A stretch of DNA of 62,749 nucleotides, counting the filler, from Basidiobolus ranarum (Eukaryota): the NCBI GenBank assembly GCA_040143965.1. It is 18 parts of 18 records of this genome, joined end to end, with 100 filler letters (N's around TTAATTAATTAA, not from the genome) between each part and the next. Parts side by side here need not be neighbours in the genome. Positions count along the whole stretch, not along the records: positions 1 to 3,402 come from JASJQH010009385.1; positions 3,503 to 6,903 come from JASJQH010009386.1; positions 7,004 to 10,403 come from JASJQH010009387.1; positions 10,504 to 13,902 come from JASJQH010009388.1; 14 more parts are not named here. One strand, given 5' to 3'. Position numbers and translations under genes: made by a program. This document shows positions 1-11,390 of the stretch, piece after piece. The notes under the pieces are model-generated. The model was given only the letters and a program-made list of their open reading frames with translations, did not search any database and was not told the DNA's origin. Every line of letters starts with the position of its first letter. Position 1 is the first letter of the stretch.

Positions 1-670
1 GAGATAGATGAGGATATGCAGTATTATTGTTTTAGCGATGGGGGAGTCTTTTCATGCAGTGCCGCATGTACTTGTGGCAGGGCAGTTGTTGCCTGCGAGT
101 CGGGGATATATTGGCTGAATTCTTTATGGAAATTTGCCAAAATCCAAGAGTTTATTCTCATTGTGAACGGAAATAAGAGTCAGCTATTTGCCAAGTATCA
201 GTGCTATTTGAAGTTTTAGATATTTAGCAATTTTTCCACCATTAGTTTGCTGGTAAAGCATATTGATGTTGTTGAGTTATGTTTGATCAGTCAAGTATGT
301 GCATATGTAGAGACTAAACATAATGAGATTCTTGTATTTTGTGATTCTCATTATGGCTGGAATACAAACCCTAAAATATCTAAAAAAGGCATGCATATTA
401 ATTTGAATTCCTACAGTAGTAAACCCAGTAATTTGCCATTGAAAAATTATATTTTGCAAAAATTGCCAGATATTAATAATGCATGCCAAATATGAGGAGC
501 AATATCTTAACATGTATGAATACCATCAGAATACCATCAAGAAACCACCATCACTCCATCAAAATCCCTGGCAGCATACAAGCCACCAATATTGTGATGA
601 TTCTCTGACAGTTTTGCAACTTGGATGGGTGGATCTGATCTAGATCAAATTGATTTTTTTTTGCTAGGGA
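1..670 (+). mobile_element. CMC/CACTA-like DNA transposon, 3' part and right terminus (degenerate)
   Basis: Homologous to 9456-10403(-), 25050-25747, 27487-27878 and 28150-28570. Ends ...GATCAAATTGATTTTTTTTTGCTAGGGA, a decayed reverse complement of the CACCCTAACAAAAAT terminus. Confidence 0.8.
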
Positions 671-860
671 CTCTTAAGAATAAAGTAACTAAAATACACT
701 ATCTTAAGTTGCTTCTAATACCCAAAGTGTACCCCATTATGTCAAGATCCTCCAACAATACCAATACTCCAGAACTTCATATTTTGATCAAGAAACTACA
801 AAAGTAGTTATGGCTTCTTTGTTTTGTTTGAAATAAAGATTTTGTCTGTTGGTGACTGTC

Positions 861-2017
861 TCCCCCCTAACTGATGTGAAGAAACACTTGTTAGTTGGAA
901 TTGCCTTGGCTAAACAGGCTGTTCACAAGTTACTTGCTGTTACATCAACCAATACATCTTATCATGGCTGTCAAAGACTTCTCAAGCAGTTTGTGATACC
1001 AGTTCTGGAATATGGAGTACATCTGCTCCTACTCAACCAAAGAGACTACTCTAAGCTTGATAGATTCATCAGCTACTATCTCAGGCTACTAATGCCTGAC
1101 TTGCCTGAGACTGTTAAAGTATTTGGGAGCCTGTTAGAAGTGGTCTGTAGAATTAGAGGAATTAGTGGTTTTCACTTATTGATTTATTGAGTAGAAAGTT
1201 GAGATTTTTAGTTTTGTCAAGATGTAAGCAAACTAACATGTAGAATGTGTCAAGGGAGGTCCCAGGAACATGTGTGCAAAGTTTGGGGCTTCTAGCATAA
1301 GTTTGAAAAATGTTTACATCTGAGAACTTCTAAGTTGGTAAAAATATTTTAAGTAAATTCCAATTGAGAATGATGGATAAGATCTTAGTGAATTATAAGA
1401 TTACTAAGTACTAAGCTATATATGACTATATAGGTATTTAGGTAAAGCTAATTTCAACAAAGACTCCCTATCATCATGCTTTGAATGGAACTTTTGGAAT
1501 CTTCCCATATCATATTAGAGTAGTTTTACTCAGAGAAATATTTTTACTCCAACTACTTGACTGCAGAAATCCACTGATTAAGAAGTGGCTAGCCATACCA
1601 TATTCAAATGCACTCTCAGGCTGGAAACTGATACAAGATGATCCTCTTGTTTCTGAGTTAGCATTACAGCTGCATGAAACAAAACAGTCTAAAATTGTTG
1701 CTATAGACTTCCAGCTAGACCTTTGGAAGCAATACCTTACCTCAAAGACACCTTTCTTGATCCTCAGTATGCCAGGTTTTTGTCCTATTCTCCATTTAGT
1801 TTGTACTAAGTACCTTCCTTTCTGCTTACCATCTTGCCCCTTAACACTATATTTACATCCTCTGAACTTGATTACATTGGTAATCAAGTTAAATATGGAT
1901 ATGATCCAGTATTGTCACAATATTTTAGAAGATTGATGTCTTGATTGTCACTTTGTTTAGATTAGTATATAAGCTAAATAAAGTCTACACCATCTGGTGC
2001 CTTTCATCCCCCCTAAC
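861..2017 (+). mobile_element. 5'-truncated non-LTR retrotransposon (RT C-terminal part), copy 1, interrupted by a solo LTR
   Basis: ORFs 849-1190 and 1481-1936 match the RT of 5566-6511. Flanked by identical 11-bp TCCCCCCTAAC at 861-871 and 2007-2017. Confidence 0.9.
1112..1459 (-). mobile_element. Solo LTR (family A) inserted in the non-LTR RT
   Basis: TGTT...AACA ends with flanks GAGAC/AAGAC (5-bp TSD, 1 mismatch). The uninterrupted RT copy reads CCTGAGACTCCC. Homologous to 33600-33922, 29862-29960, 38452-38562 and 62640-62749. Confidence 0.9.
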
Positions 2018-2227
2018 ATTGTAATAAACATTGGTTACTTCACCTTAGCAGTACAAACATGAACAGTATGGCAGCCATTTTTTCTTTTGGTTAACCACAA
2101 CGGTAATTTCATTTCAACGTGATTTTTACTTTGAAAGAATTTTGAGTCTAAAACTATATCAGAAATCATGGTTTGGAGATACAATATTTTGTTTATTGGG
2201 CTATCCACGATGTCATCCACAGATTGT

Positions 2228-2410
2228 TTACTTCTGTCCTTTGGATTCCTTTTCAATGGTCTCTTTGAGTGGCTTCCCGGTACGTTCCTCATGTATTTCC
2301 GACGCTTTATCTAACGATTCCTGTTGTTTCTCCGCTGACACATTTGGATTATGGGCTGCTGCCTTGAGACCTCCTTCAACATTTCCAGGGTTTTTTCCTT
2401 CGTATTCCAT
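2228..2410 (-). CDS. con-6: Conidiation-specific protein 6 (CON-6 family) small protein
   Basis: KNPGNVEGGLKAAAHNPNVSAE is the Con-6 repeat motif. 60 aa, with an upstream TATA-like TATAAA on the minus strand near 2477-2482. Confidence 0.8.
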   Translation of the reverse strand: MEYEGKNPGNVEGGLKAAAHNPNVSAEKQQESLDKASEIHEERTGKPLKETIEKESKGQK

Positions 2411-3502
2411 TCTTAGTTAGCTGTGAGTGATGATTAGATGTGAATGATGAATATTTGATGTAGTATACCTTGGGCTTTTATAGCTGGTTATGAGATGACC
2501 TCAACAAAGAGTCAGTGCTAGGGAATTGCGTAACAATTAAATGATGCAGCAACTACTAGCCGATCGAACTACAATTTACTCAATGCAACAATATATCGTC
2601 GATCCAATTGCTCGATTGACCCCTTCGATTGACAGCAACATCGATGATATCACACTTATGCAAAAAATTGATGTGTCTTCGCTCTATTCATTATCAGAGA
2701 TATACTAATACTAACTGATAATGAAGAGATCTAGACTTTTGCATTGTGCTGACACATAGACAAAACTCTCAGCGGTCCATTCATAAACAGTGCCAAGAAG
2801 AGTGATCATGTCACCTCCCACTCTGAATTCACCTATCCTCTTGACTGTGGAGAAAGTTGGTGTAAATAGGTACTCTCTCTTTTGCATCATTAACTAGTGC
2901 AAGCAATTCATAATGAAAGTGCTGATGAAGTAATTGGCTGATATTCTTGCTATTGTCCTTGTAACTATTGGCAATATGTTGTGGTGCTCACTTAGCAACA
3001 TTCGTGCCACATGAATTACAGAACTCCACTGTGTTGGTTGTTGCAGTTTTAATTGTTACTTGTTTTAATTTAAATTTGATTGGTAATGTTAAATCAAGTT
3101 TGAACACTTTCCATATTACTCAATATTCTCACAATGTCCGTAGTATTCAAGGGACTTAACCTTACAACTATCAACTTAAGGTCCTAATAGCTTCTGTAAT
3201 AGAACCATTGAACTACCAGGTATATCAATGACACAAGAAGCTGGACTTTATGAAATGGAATTTGAAGTTATGGAGTAGGTGTTGATTTGGGGTTAGCAAT
3301 GGACTTCTTTGTGGCTGACTAACCTAGATAAGGTACTATATAAAAACAGTGTTCGTTACCATTTATGTGGTACTAATGTTGCATATATGAGCTGGCCAAG
3401 TANNNNNNNNNNNNNNNNNNNNNNNNNNNNNNNNNNNNNNNNNNNNTTAATTAATTAANNNNNNNNNNNNNNNNNNNNNNNNNNNNNNNNNNNNNNNNNN
3501 NN

Positions 3503-3812
3503 TAATTGTTTATTGTCCAGAAATAAAGCATTTATACTTTTTGGTGGAAATACAGAAAACTAACACTGGGGTTGTGTTCAGAACATCCGTGGGAGTAAAA
3601 TGAGCTATCTTTGGGGCAATTTGGATGAGTTTGAAACTTCCAATATGGAATTGCTAATTCTCACATTATTCACATATATATAATATATGTTCAGATTTTC
3701 AGCTAAGTAATATTTGACTAAGTAATGTTAGCCAAATTATATGTGCTATATGAAATAGTTAGGTGTATAAAGATAGAGATAACAAATATGATAAAGACAA
3801 TAAACTTCAACA
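3503..3812 (-). mobile_element. Copia LTR (family B), partial, inserted into a LINE fragment
   Basis: Reverse complement closely matches LTR 35456-35830 and starts TGTTGAAGTTTATTGTC at 3812. Confidence 0.85.
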
Positions 3813-4290
3813 AAACTGTTTGAGGAGAAGTAGATAACTGGCAGAGGAAGTAGTAGGGGGAGTAACAGCCAGTTGCTTGTGAAGAGCCTGCCTTGCCAAA
3901 ACCATTCTTTTCTTGAGGTGAGCAGCAGAGTCCAAGCCATTAAGAAGAAATGGGAATCCAAGGTAAGTAGCTTAGTTCTGAGCTGATATGGTTGAACCAT
4001 TCTAGGAGGGTGAGCAGCCTAGAGGAATGGTCATGGCCAAAGTGAGATGAAGCTTATTCTGCTGGAGATAACTGCTAATAGTGTCAAAGTCTTGTTGGAC
4101 AGGGTACATATTTTCTGGTAAGGGTAAGGGAGAGTAAGGATGAATGCAGGGGTTTGGGGGATGCAATCCCCCATGTACACCCTTCTGACACAATATACTC
4201 AAGTCACCAGTATATGGGAAGAATTGGGCTTCGCCAAATTTTCCAAAAGTCAGATCTCTGACCTGTGACACCTCTGAGGAAGAGACACTA
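3813..4290 (-). pseudogene. Decayed non-LTR RT fragment, a diverged relative of the 5566-6511 family
   Basis: Read through stops: DTISSYLQQNKLHLTLAMTIPLGC...ATYLGFPFLLNGLDSAAHLKKRMVLARQALHKQLAVTPP...LLKQF. This aligns to ATYLGFPFTQTGIDVKKHLSVRIALAKQAVHKLLAVTPP. Confidence 0.85.
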
Positions 4291-5020
4291 TTTCCAACAT
4301 TATAACACAGCCCATTCCTGCTTCCATAACTTTTATAAATTTTGAGAAATCTCTCATGTATTAATTATTTGTTTGATTTTGATTAATATGCAAGTCTCCA
4401 GGAAACAAAAGTGCAGATGTTTTCCTTCAGACTCTGAAAGCTTTTAAGTAATTTAATTAAACCTAAGTAGACCGGCTACTTTTAACTCAATAAAAACAAA
4501 TTACTTGTTGAGAATATCCTTTATATACTATTGAGAGTAATGAGGAAACTTGATTAACATCATGAATTAGTAATATTTGTAAGAACTTTGTAAATAATAC
4601 AAAATACAATTAAGAAGAAAGTGAATATTGGAGATAACATATAAATATTATAAATCTAGAAATATTGAAAGAGTTGATAAAAGCTTTTTATTCATATTTT
4701 ACAAATATTGACATATCACTGTCACTAAGCTCCATATATGTTTATTTATATACAAAGCAACAAAGTAGTCATTAACATAAGCTTTTGGGATATATAGCCT
4801 GCACAGCACAAAGGTGCTACAAATTTAACAAGTTGTATAAAATGCAATGTATTTATAACTTAGGTACTCCCAATAATATAAATAGAAGCAATGTGCACAA
4901 CAGAACCCTCTATAATTTCAAAAGATACTAACTTTTGAGCTGGGTAGTACTGGCAACATGCCTTTATGCATTGCCCCTGATTTTATGGGGGTTGTGTTGG
5001 TAGTAGACTGCTCAAAAACC

Positions 5021-5481
5021 ACTACAAACCTGAGCCTCTTTTTCAAAACTTGTCTACTTCTATAGTGTATATAACTGTTACCATGTCATCATATTGTTTC
5101 TCTGACTTTAAAGGAGTCACAAAGAGTGCTCATCGCTTGACATGCACTACAAACATAAGCCTCTTTTTAAACCATATTTACTTTTGGCATGCATATAACT
5201 GATACCATGTCAATATTTTTCACCTTTGATTTTATAGGAGTTATGAAGACCACTCATCCCTTAACATGCCCTACAAATGTGAGCCTATTTTTAAAAACAT
5301 ATTTACTTTTGGCATGTGTTTAACTGATACCACATCATCATTATATACCTTTGACTTTATAGGAGTTACAAAGAATGCTCTTCCCTTGATGTGCACTACT
5401 AATGTGAGCCTCTTTTTAAAAACATATTTACTTTTGGTGTGTGTATAACTGATACCGCATCATTAAATTTTTATCTTTGAC
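5021..5481. repeat. Tandem repeat, ~124-125-bp unit, ~3.7 diverged copies
   Basis: Motif ACTACAAA..AGCCTCTTTTTAAA..CATATTTACTTTTGG..TAACTGATACC recurs at 5021, 5146, 5270 and 5395. The last unit is cut by the retroelement tail. Confidence 0.85.
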
Positions 5482-6510
5482 TTAGGGCTAGGGCTAGGGG
5501 GGATGAAAAGCACCAGATGGTATGGACTTTATTTAGCTTAAATACTAACCTAAACAAAGTGACAATCAAGACATCAATCTTTTAAGATATTGTGACAATA
5601 CTGGATCATATCCATACTTAACCTGATGACCAATGTAATCAAGCTCAGAGGATGTAAATATAGTGTTAAGGGGCAAAGGTGGTAAGCAGAAAGGAAGGTA
5701 CTCAGTGCAAACCAGATGGACAATAGGACAAAAACCTGGAATAATGGGAATTAAGAAAGGTGTCTTGGAGGCAAGGTATTGCTTCCAAAGGTCTAGCTGG
5801 AAGTCTATAGCAACAATTTTAGGCTGTTTTGTTTCATGCAGCTGTAAAGCTAACTCAGAAACCAAAGGATCATCTTGTATCAATTTCCAGCATGATAGTG
5901 CATTTGAAGAAGGTGTGGCTAGCCACTTCTTAATCAGTGGATTTCTGCAGTCATTTAGTTGGAGTAGAAATCTTGCCCTGAGTAAAACTACTCTAATATG
6001 ATATGGGAAGAATCCAAAAGTTCCATTCAGAGCATGATCATAGGGAGTCTCAGGCAAGTCAGGCATCAGCAGCCTGAGGCAGTAGCTGATGAATCTATCA
6101 AGCTTAGAGTAGTCTCTTTGGTTGAGTGGGAGTAGATGTACTCCATATTCCAGAACTGGTATCACAAACTGCTTGAGAAGCCTTTGACAGCCATGATAAG
6201 ATGTATTGGGGGGTGTAACAGCAAGCAACTTGTGAACAGCCTGTTTGGCCAAGGCAATTCTAACTGACAAGTGTTTCTTCACATCAATGCCAGTTTGAGT
6301 AAATGGAAATCCTAGATATGTTGCATTGTTCATATGAAGAAGCTGAGTATCATACAAGGAAATAGTGCAACCAATTGGGATTGTTTTGGCAATAGAGAGC
6401 TCCAAGTTATTTTCTGAAAGGTATCTCTGAATAGTAGCAGTATCCAGCTGAGGCTGAGAAGTAGAAACTCTGATATCATCAGCAAATAAAGTAAGCAGAG
6501 ATCCAGGGGA
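5482..6510 (-). mobile_element. Non-LTR retrotransposon copy 2: open RT C-terminal ORF (5566-6510), 3' UTR and telomere-like tail
   Basis: LFADDI catalytic motif, YLGFPF (RT domain 7) and FVIPVLEYG thumb motif. Plus strand reads TTAGGGCTAGGGCTAGGGGGG at 5482-5502. The 5' end abuts a CACTA terminus. Confidence 0.92.
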
Positions 6511-6903
6511 CACCCTAACAAAAATTAAATCGATTTGATCCGGATTGGATCCACCCTCCAAAATAGCAAAACCATCAGAGAACCATCATAATATTGTTGG
6601 CTTGCATTCTGCCAGGGATTTTGATGGTGTGATGGCGGTTTCTTGACGGTATCTTGACGGTATTAATACATGTTAAAATATTGATCCTCAAATTTGGCAT
6701 GGGTTATTCAATATCCAGCAATTTTTGCAAAAATACAGTTTTCAAATGGCAAATTACAGGGCTTACTGCTGTAGGAATTTGAATCAATATGCATGCCTTT
6801 ATTTAGATATTTTAGGCTTTGTATTCCAGCCATAATGAGAATCAAAAAATACAACAATCTTACTGTGTTTAGTCTCTACATATGCACATATTTGACTGAT
6901 TAG
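6511..6903 (-). mobile_element. CMC/CACTA-like transposon right terminus (well preserved)
   Basis: Begins CACCCTAACAAAAATTAAATCGATTTGATCCGGATTGGATCC and carries subterminal ACCRTCA/TGAYGGT repeats. Confidence 0.85.
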
Positions 6904-7003
6904 NNNNNNNNNNNNNNNNNNNNNNNNNNNNNNNNNNNNNNNNNNNNTTAATTAATTAANNNNNNNNNNNNNNNNNNNNNNNNNNNNNNNNNNNNNNNNN
7001 NNN

Positions 7004-7280
7004 GATTGGTCAAAACTCAAACAATCATCAAATATTCCAAGAATCTTGTGGAATGTTCCGGAAGATTGTGGAATTTTCCAGAAAATGATAGGGCTAATGT
7101 GGGTTAATACTGATAAATCTGAAGTAATAGGGGATAATACTAATAGTATGATATGATTGGCTAGAAAATATGGGCAAGTCAAATAAGGATAATGAAATAG
7201 AAATTGTGCAATAGTAATGATATGAGCTCGGAGTGGAAACAAGTCAACCTGCCAGTGGGTAGCAATGCCACCCCACTACA
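7004..7280 (-). mobile_element. LTR-like repeat (family D, starts TGTAGTGGGG) inserted in CACTA element; second copy 27979-28149
   Basis: Two homologous copies both end CCCACTACA on the plus strand and then switch directly to CACTA sequence. Confidence 0.65.
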
Positions 7281-9455
7281 CCAGCATGGATTCAGTCTCT
7301 CTTCTTTATACTTGTTATAAAATTTTTCATATCAAAATACAAAATCTTTGCGTAGTTGCTGTATCTGCCTGAGATCTGCCAACGTGAGTTGAAGCCATCA
7401 GAATACGTTAACAATATCCACTATCCACTCCCAATGTTGCCATTACTTATGATGCAGAAATCTTTTCAAGATTCCACTTGACTATATACGTGTCCAATAC
7501 TTCCAGTCTGTGCATATGAATAAATGCCTAGATGAGTGGATGTTGATGGGAGTGCTGGTAAAATATGATGGTATCTTGATGCTTTGAAGCATTTTCCCAA
7601 TCAATTTAAACTTTGATCCTATCTCAAATGGCTCATTCATATTGAGTTTTGCACTATATAGGTAATTAAGTAGTATTGGAATGTTGTTGAATAGTAAGTG
7701 CATAGTGCCTAATGGGAAGCTCTGGCTCTAGCTGATCCCCTTTAGCAATCTAATCTTAGGGTTAAGGCCAATACCAAGTTTGATGTTGGACTGATTATTT
7801 GGTGATTTGATTTCAGTGATCATGTTGAAATCTGACCGGGCTCTTGACAGAAAAATCATGGAGGTTAGTGTTGTATTTGGATAGTACAATGATACTAGCT
7901 TTAGTAAAATATTCATCCATCTGAACCCCATTGGATAGCCATTCAAATTTTACCATCAAAGGCTGCAAGAAACTATCTATAAGCACTGGGGATTTAGATC
8001 CAGATGTGATGGATAGTATCACAATATTATGACTCTTTTACCATTCAGAAGAAGGAACATCAAAGTTAATTCAAATCCTTGGCTGGCAAGCCTTGGCAAT
8101 GGTATATTTGTTTAGCAAGTAACCATCCAGAGCCAATGTAAATGAGTGATCATACATGTTCTCAAAGAAACCTTGACTTGTCAGATTCTGGTAGTGATAT
8201 CCATCAGGTATATTGGTAATACCATCAGCTGTACAGTGAGCACTGTGGTATTGGATCAATGATATATACTTGGGTGATTTCATCAAAACATTAAGATGGG
8301 GAATCAATGGTATGTAAGCCAAATATGAACAATATTTACCTGCTTCAGTGATTGCCAATTGTGTACAAAGAGTACATGACTTAAGGTTTTTCATATCACT
8401 GGTGAAAGCCAAACAACCATTTAGACATGAAGATAGTTTGATTACTGAAGGATCATAAGTTATACAATTAACAAGTGTTTTCCACTTGCACCAGGTCTGT
8501 GGCAAGCAACATTTGCCAATCAACTGTGGTAAAAGTTTTAGAGAATCAATAAACACCTGGTTGCTAAGATTGGATTGAACTCTCCACTCCTCTATCATTA
8601 AAGCTGCTTCTGTTACTCTGTTACTATTATGAGTGGACTAATGCTTGCCTATAACAGAGAGTCCATAACAAAACCTTCATCTTCTTTTTTGACTTCTGCT
8701 ATACTACCATCAGTACTGGACTGACCAAGGTCAACAACTAGCAGCATGTCCTCAAAGTAGTCTGGACTTTCTGGTTTGACCATAGTTGCATTTCTATCTA
8801 CATCATTCTGGTCATATAACTGTGGTAACTCCATGTTTTCTTGACTTTTGGCAGTGTTTCCAAAACTTTGAGGTAAAGTACAGTCAGTAGACTCCATGGG
8901 GAAAACTAAGTCAATTTTGTGCATTTATTACTGTTGATATTCACCAGGTTTTGTTCAGCTGGTTGCTTTTACAGTGACCATGCTTGTGATTATTTTTTCT
9001 ATGAATCCCCCGGCTTTCATAGCACAATAATTAGTGACAATAATTGCTGGGCTTCTTTCACTGTTTGTGTTGCAGCATGAGAAGGATATTGTGGAAAAAA
9101 AACACTTGCTACCTAAGGGTGGTATTTTAGGTATAGCTCATCAATAATATCAGCTGATTCTGACATGAAGTTACAGATGAGTCATCAGGGGATTTACAAG
9201 ATATTTCTGATAACAAATGGCAATTTTAGTTTATCATAAGCTCTTTCTAAGCAATTTCATTACACCAAGTTTACCCTCTGAAATTTTGATGCCATTCAAA
9301 AATTGTTCAAAATCCAAATCAAAATTGGCTTCCAAGCCCAAGCCTGCTGTCACAAAAGGAAAAAAACCAGCAAGAACAGAGTACTTGATTGTTGAGCAGT
9401 CTATCAATCAACTATCCACTTTGAAGGCATCAACATGCTGGAAACTAACTAGAGT
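7281..9455 (-). mobile_element. Degenerate CMC/CACTA (Tnp2/Transposase_21-like) transposase region plus start of a divergent second ORF
   Basis: CLNGC...CTLC, YIPLIPHL, FTLALDGY, ITSGSKSP, GTMHLLFNN motifs with stops and frameshifts. Confidence 0.85.
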
Positions 9456-10403
9456 ACCCTAACAAAAATAGAATTGATTTGATCCAGATTGGATCCACCC
9501 TCCAAAATAGCAAAACCATCACAGAACCGTCACAATATTGCTGGCTTCAATTCTGCCCGGGATCTTGATGGTGTGATGGCGGTTTCTTGATGGTATCTTA
9601 ACGGTATGCATACATGTTAAAATATTGATCCTCAAGTTTGGCATGCGTTATTCAATAACGAGCAATTTTTGCAAAAATATAATTTTCAAATGGCAAATTA
9701 CTGGGTTTACTGCTGTAGGAACTCAAATTAATATGCATGCCTTTATTTAGATATTTCAGGCTTTGTATTCCAGCCATAAGAAAAATCAAAAAATACAAGA
9801 ATCTCATTGTGTTTAGTCTCTACATATATAAATACTTGACTGATCAGACATAACTCAACAATGTCAATAGGCTTTACTAGCAAACTAATGGTGGAAAAAT
9901 TGCTTAACATCTGAAATTTTGAATAGCACTGACACTTGGCAAATAGCTGACTCTTGTTATGGTTCACAATGAGAATAAGCTCTTGGATTTTGGCAAATTT
10001 CCATAAAGAATTCAGCCAATATATCCCCAACTTGCAGTCAACAAATGTCCTGCCACAAGTGAATGTGTCATTGCTTGAATAAATTACCCCATGGCTAAAA
10101 TGATAATACTGCATATCTTGATCTATCTCACTAAGAAGTCTAACTTGCAGCTTTCCTAATAATACCATCAGATTATCACACTAGCAAATTAGTCCAATTA
10201 CAGAGGTACTTACTCTGTGTCCATGGATTGGGCTTTGTTGCTGTTATTGTGCTCAAACAATGCAAAAACCCATGAGCACATTGAAAAGAGCTCTTTGTTT
10301 GCAGGTTAATATACTCTGGAGTCTCCTTAACCCATTGCATTACATCCATCACTGATTTTGCTGATACATTGTTAATCAGATTAGCATATGGTAATACTGA
10401 CAA
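9456..10403 (-). mobile_element. Second CACTA copy (3' part and right terminus) nested in the previous one
   Basis: TACCCTAACAAAAATAGAATTGATTTGATCC terminus directly interrupts the second ORF of the host copy. Confidence 0.85.
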
Positions 10404-10694
10404 NNNNNNNNNNNNNNNNNNNNNNNNNNNNNNNNNNNNNNNNNNNNTTAATTAATTAANNNNNNNNNNNNNNNNNNNNNNNNNNNNNNNNNNNNNNNNN
10501 NNNGCTCTTGTTTAAGTAGTATCTCTGTTTGATAGTATACATATGAATTTCACTAGCTCCATCGTAAAGTCCATACCTTGCTCTTTTCTACTCAGTAGAT
10601 TTCAATCTATATCCTACCGACTACGGTTCAAGTTCATTTTCTTGAAGACATCAAAAAATCATTTAAGATAATTGAAAGGTTTATTTGCTTTTGA

Positions 10695-11094
10695 TAAATC
10701 AGGAAATTTCTAGGTTGAGCCAAGGGTGAATCGATAGTACCATAAATAAGAACTGCAGAAGCACCCTAACAATAATCAAAATACTGAGCGAGTTAGTACT
10801 CTGGTTTAACTGTGAGGTTCTAGAAGTGTACAATCTAAAGCACGAAAAGAAATTCCTTACAAAAGATCCGATAATAGCTGGAAGATGTTTGGAAACAAAG
10901 GGTTCTACATTATAAGAGAGTGCGGCAACCAAGCTGATTCCACTAAAAGAGGCAATAAACGACCAAAGAAGGGCTCTTATTGAAGGGATCTTTGGGAATA
11001 TACCTCGGTAAGTGCCAAATATCTTACGAAAGTATAGTGGGATGGTCTGGTTATGGTGAAAGGGAACTTCTGGCTTTGAAAAAAGCAGCTTCAT
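10695..11094 (-). pseudogene. HPP-family membrane protein, 5' part only (intron 10766-10860)
   Basis: LLWSFIASFSGISLVAAL...IIGSF/GASAVLIYGTIDSPLAQPRN across a GT-AG intron. Similarity stops after PRNFL and the HPP motif itself is not seen. Confidence 0.75.
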
Positions 11095-11390
11095 ACTAAT
11101 CAGTGTTAAGATATCAATATACGAGCAAGCTTTACTATCCAGAAGCAAAAGTACGAAAGAAAAAGCCTCACTTCAGATAATATTGAGAATAGGAGACAAT
11201 AGGTTATTTAGTGTGGCTACCCTTATTTTGACGATAATTTCACATATTTGGTAATTGAAACTCAGTGTTGATAATCAACAGAGCATCTCATGTCACAATG
11301 TGACTGTCTTACAATACAAAGAGTATATGCTTAACAAACTTTTCTATCCGTAAACTAAAAAAGAGGTCAATTCGCTTCTTCTCTTTATAG

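Noticed and set aside
3403-3502. Regularly spaced TTAATTAATTAA motifs as a biological repeat or array
   Set aside because: Artificial six-frame-stop linkers inside N runs. ORFs running into them (X-containing) are artefacts.
5021-5481. CRISPR-like array
   Set aside because: Whole units are homologous with no unique spacers, the context is eukaryotic and there are no cas genes.
6511-6561. N-terminus MEGGSNPDQIDLIFVRVS of the 331-aa RT ORF as a true start or domesticated fusion
   Set aside because: It is read from the CACTA terminal sequence that abuts the truncated RT.
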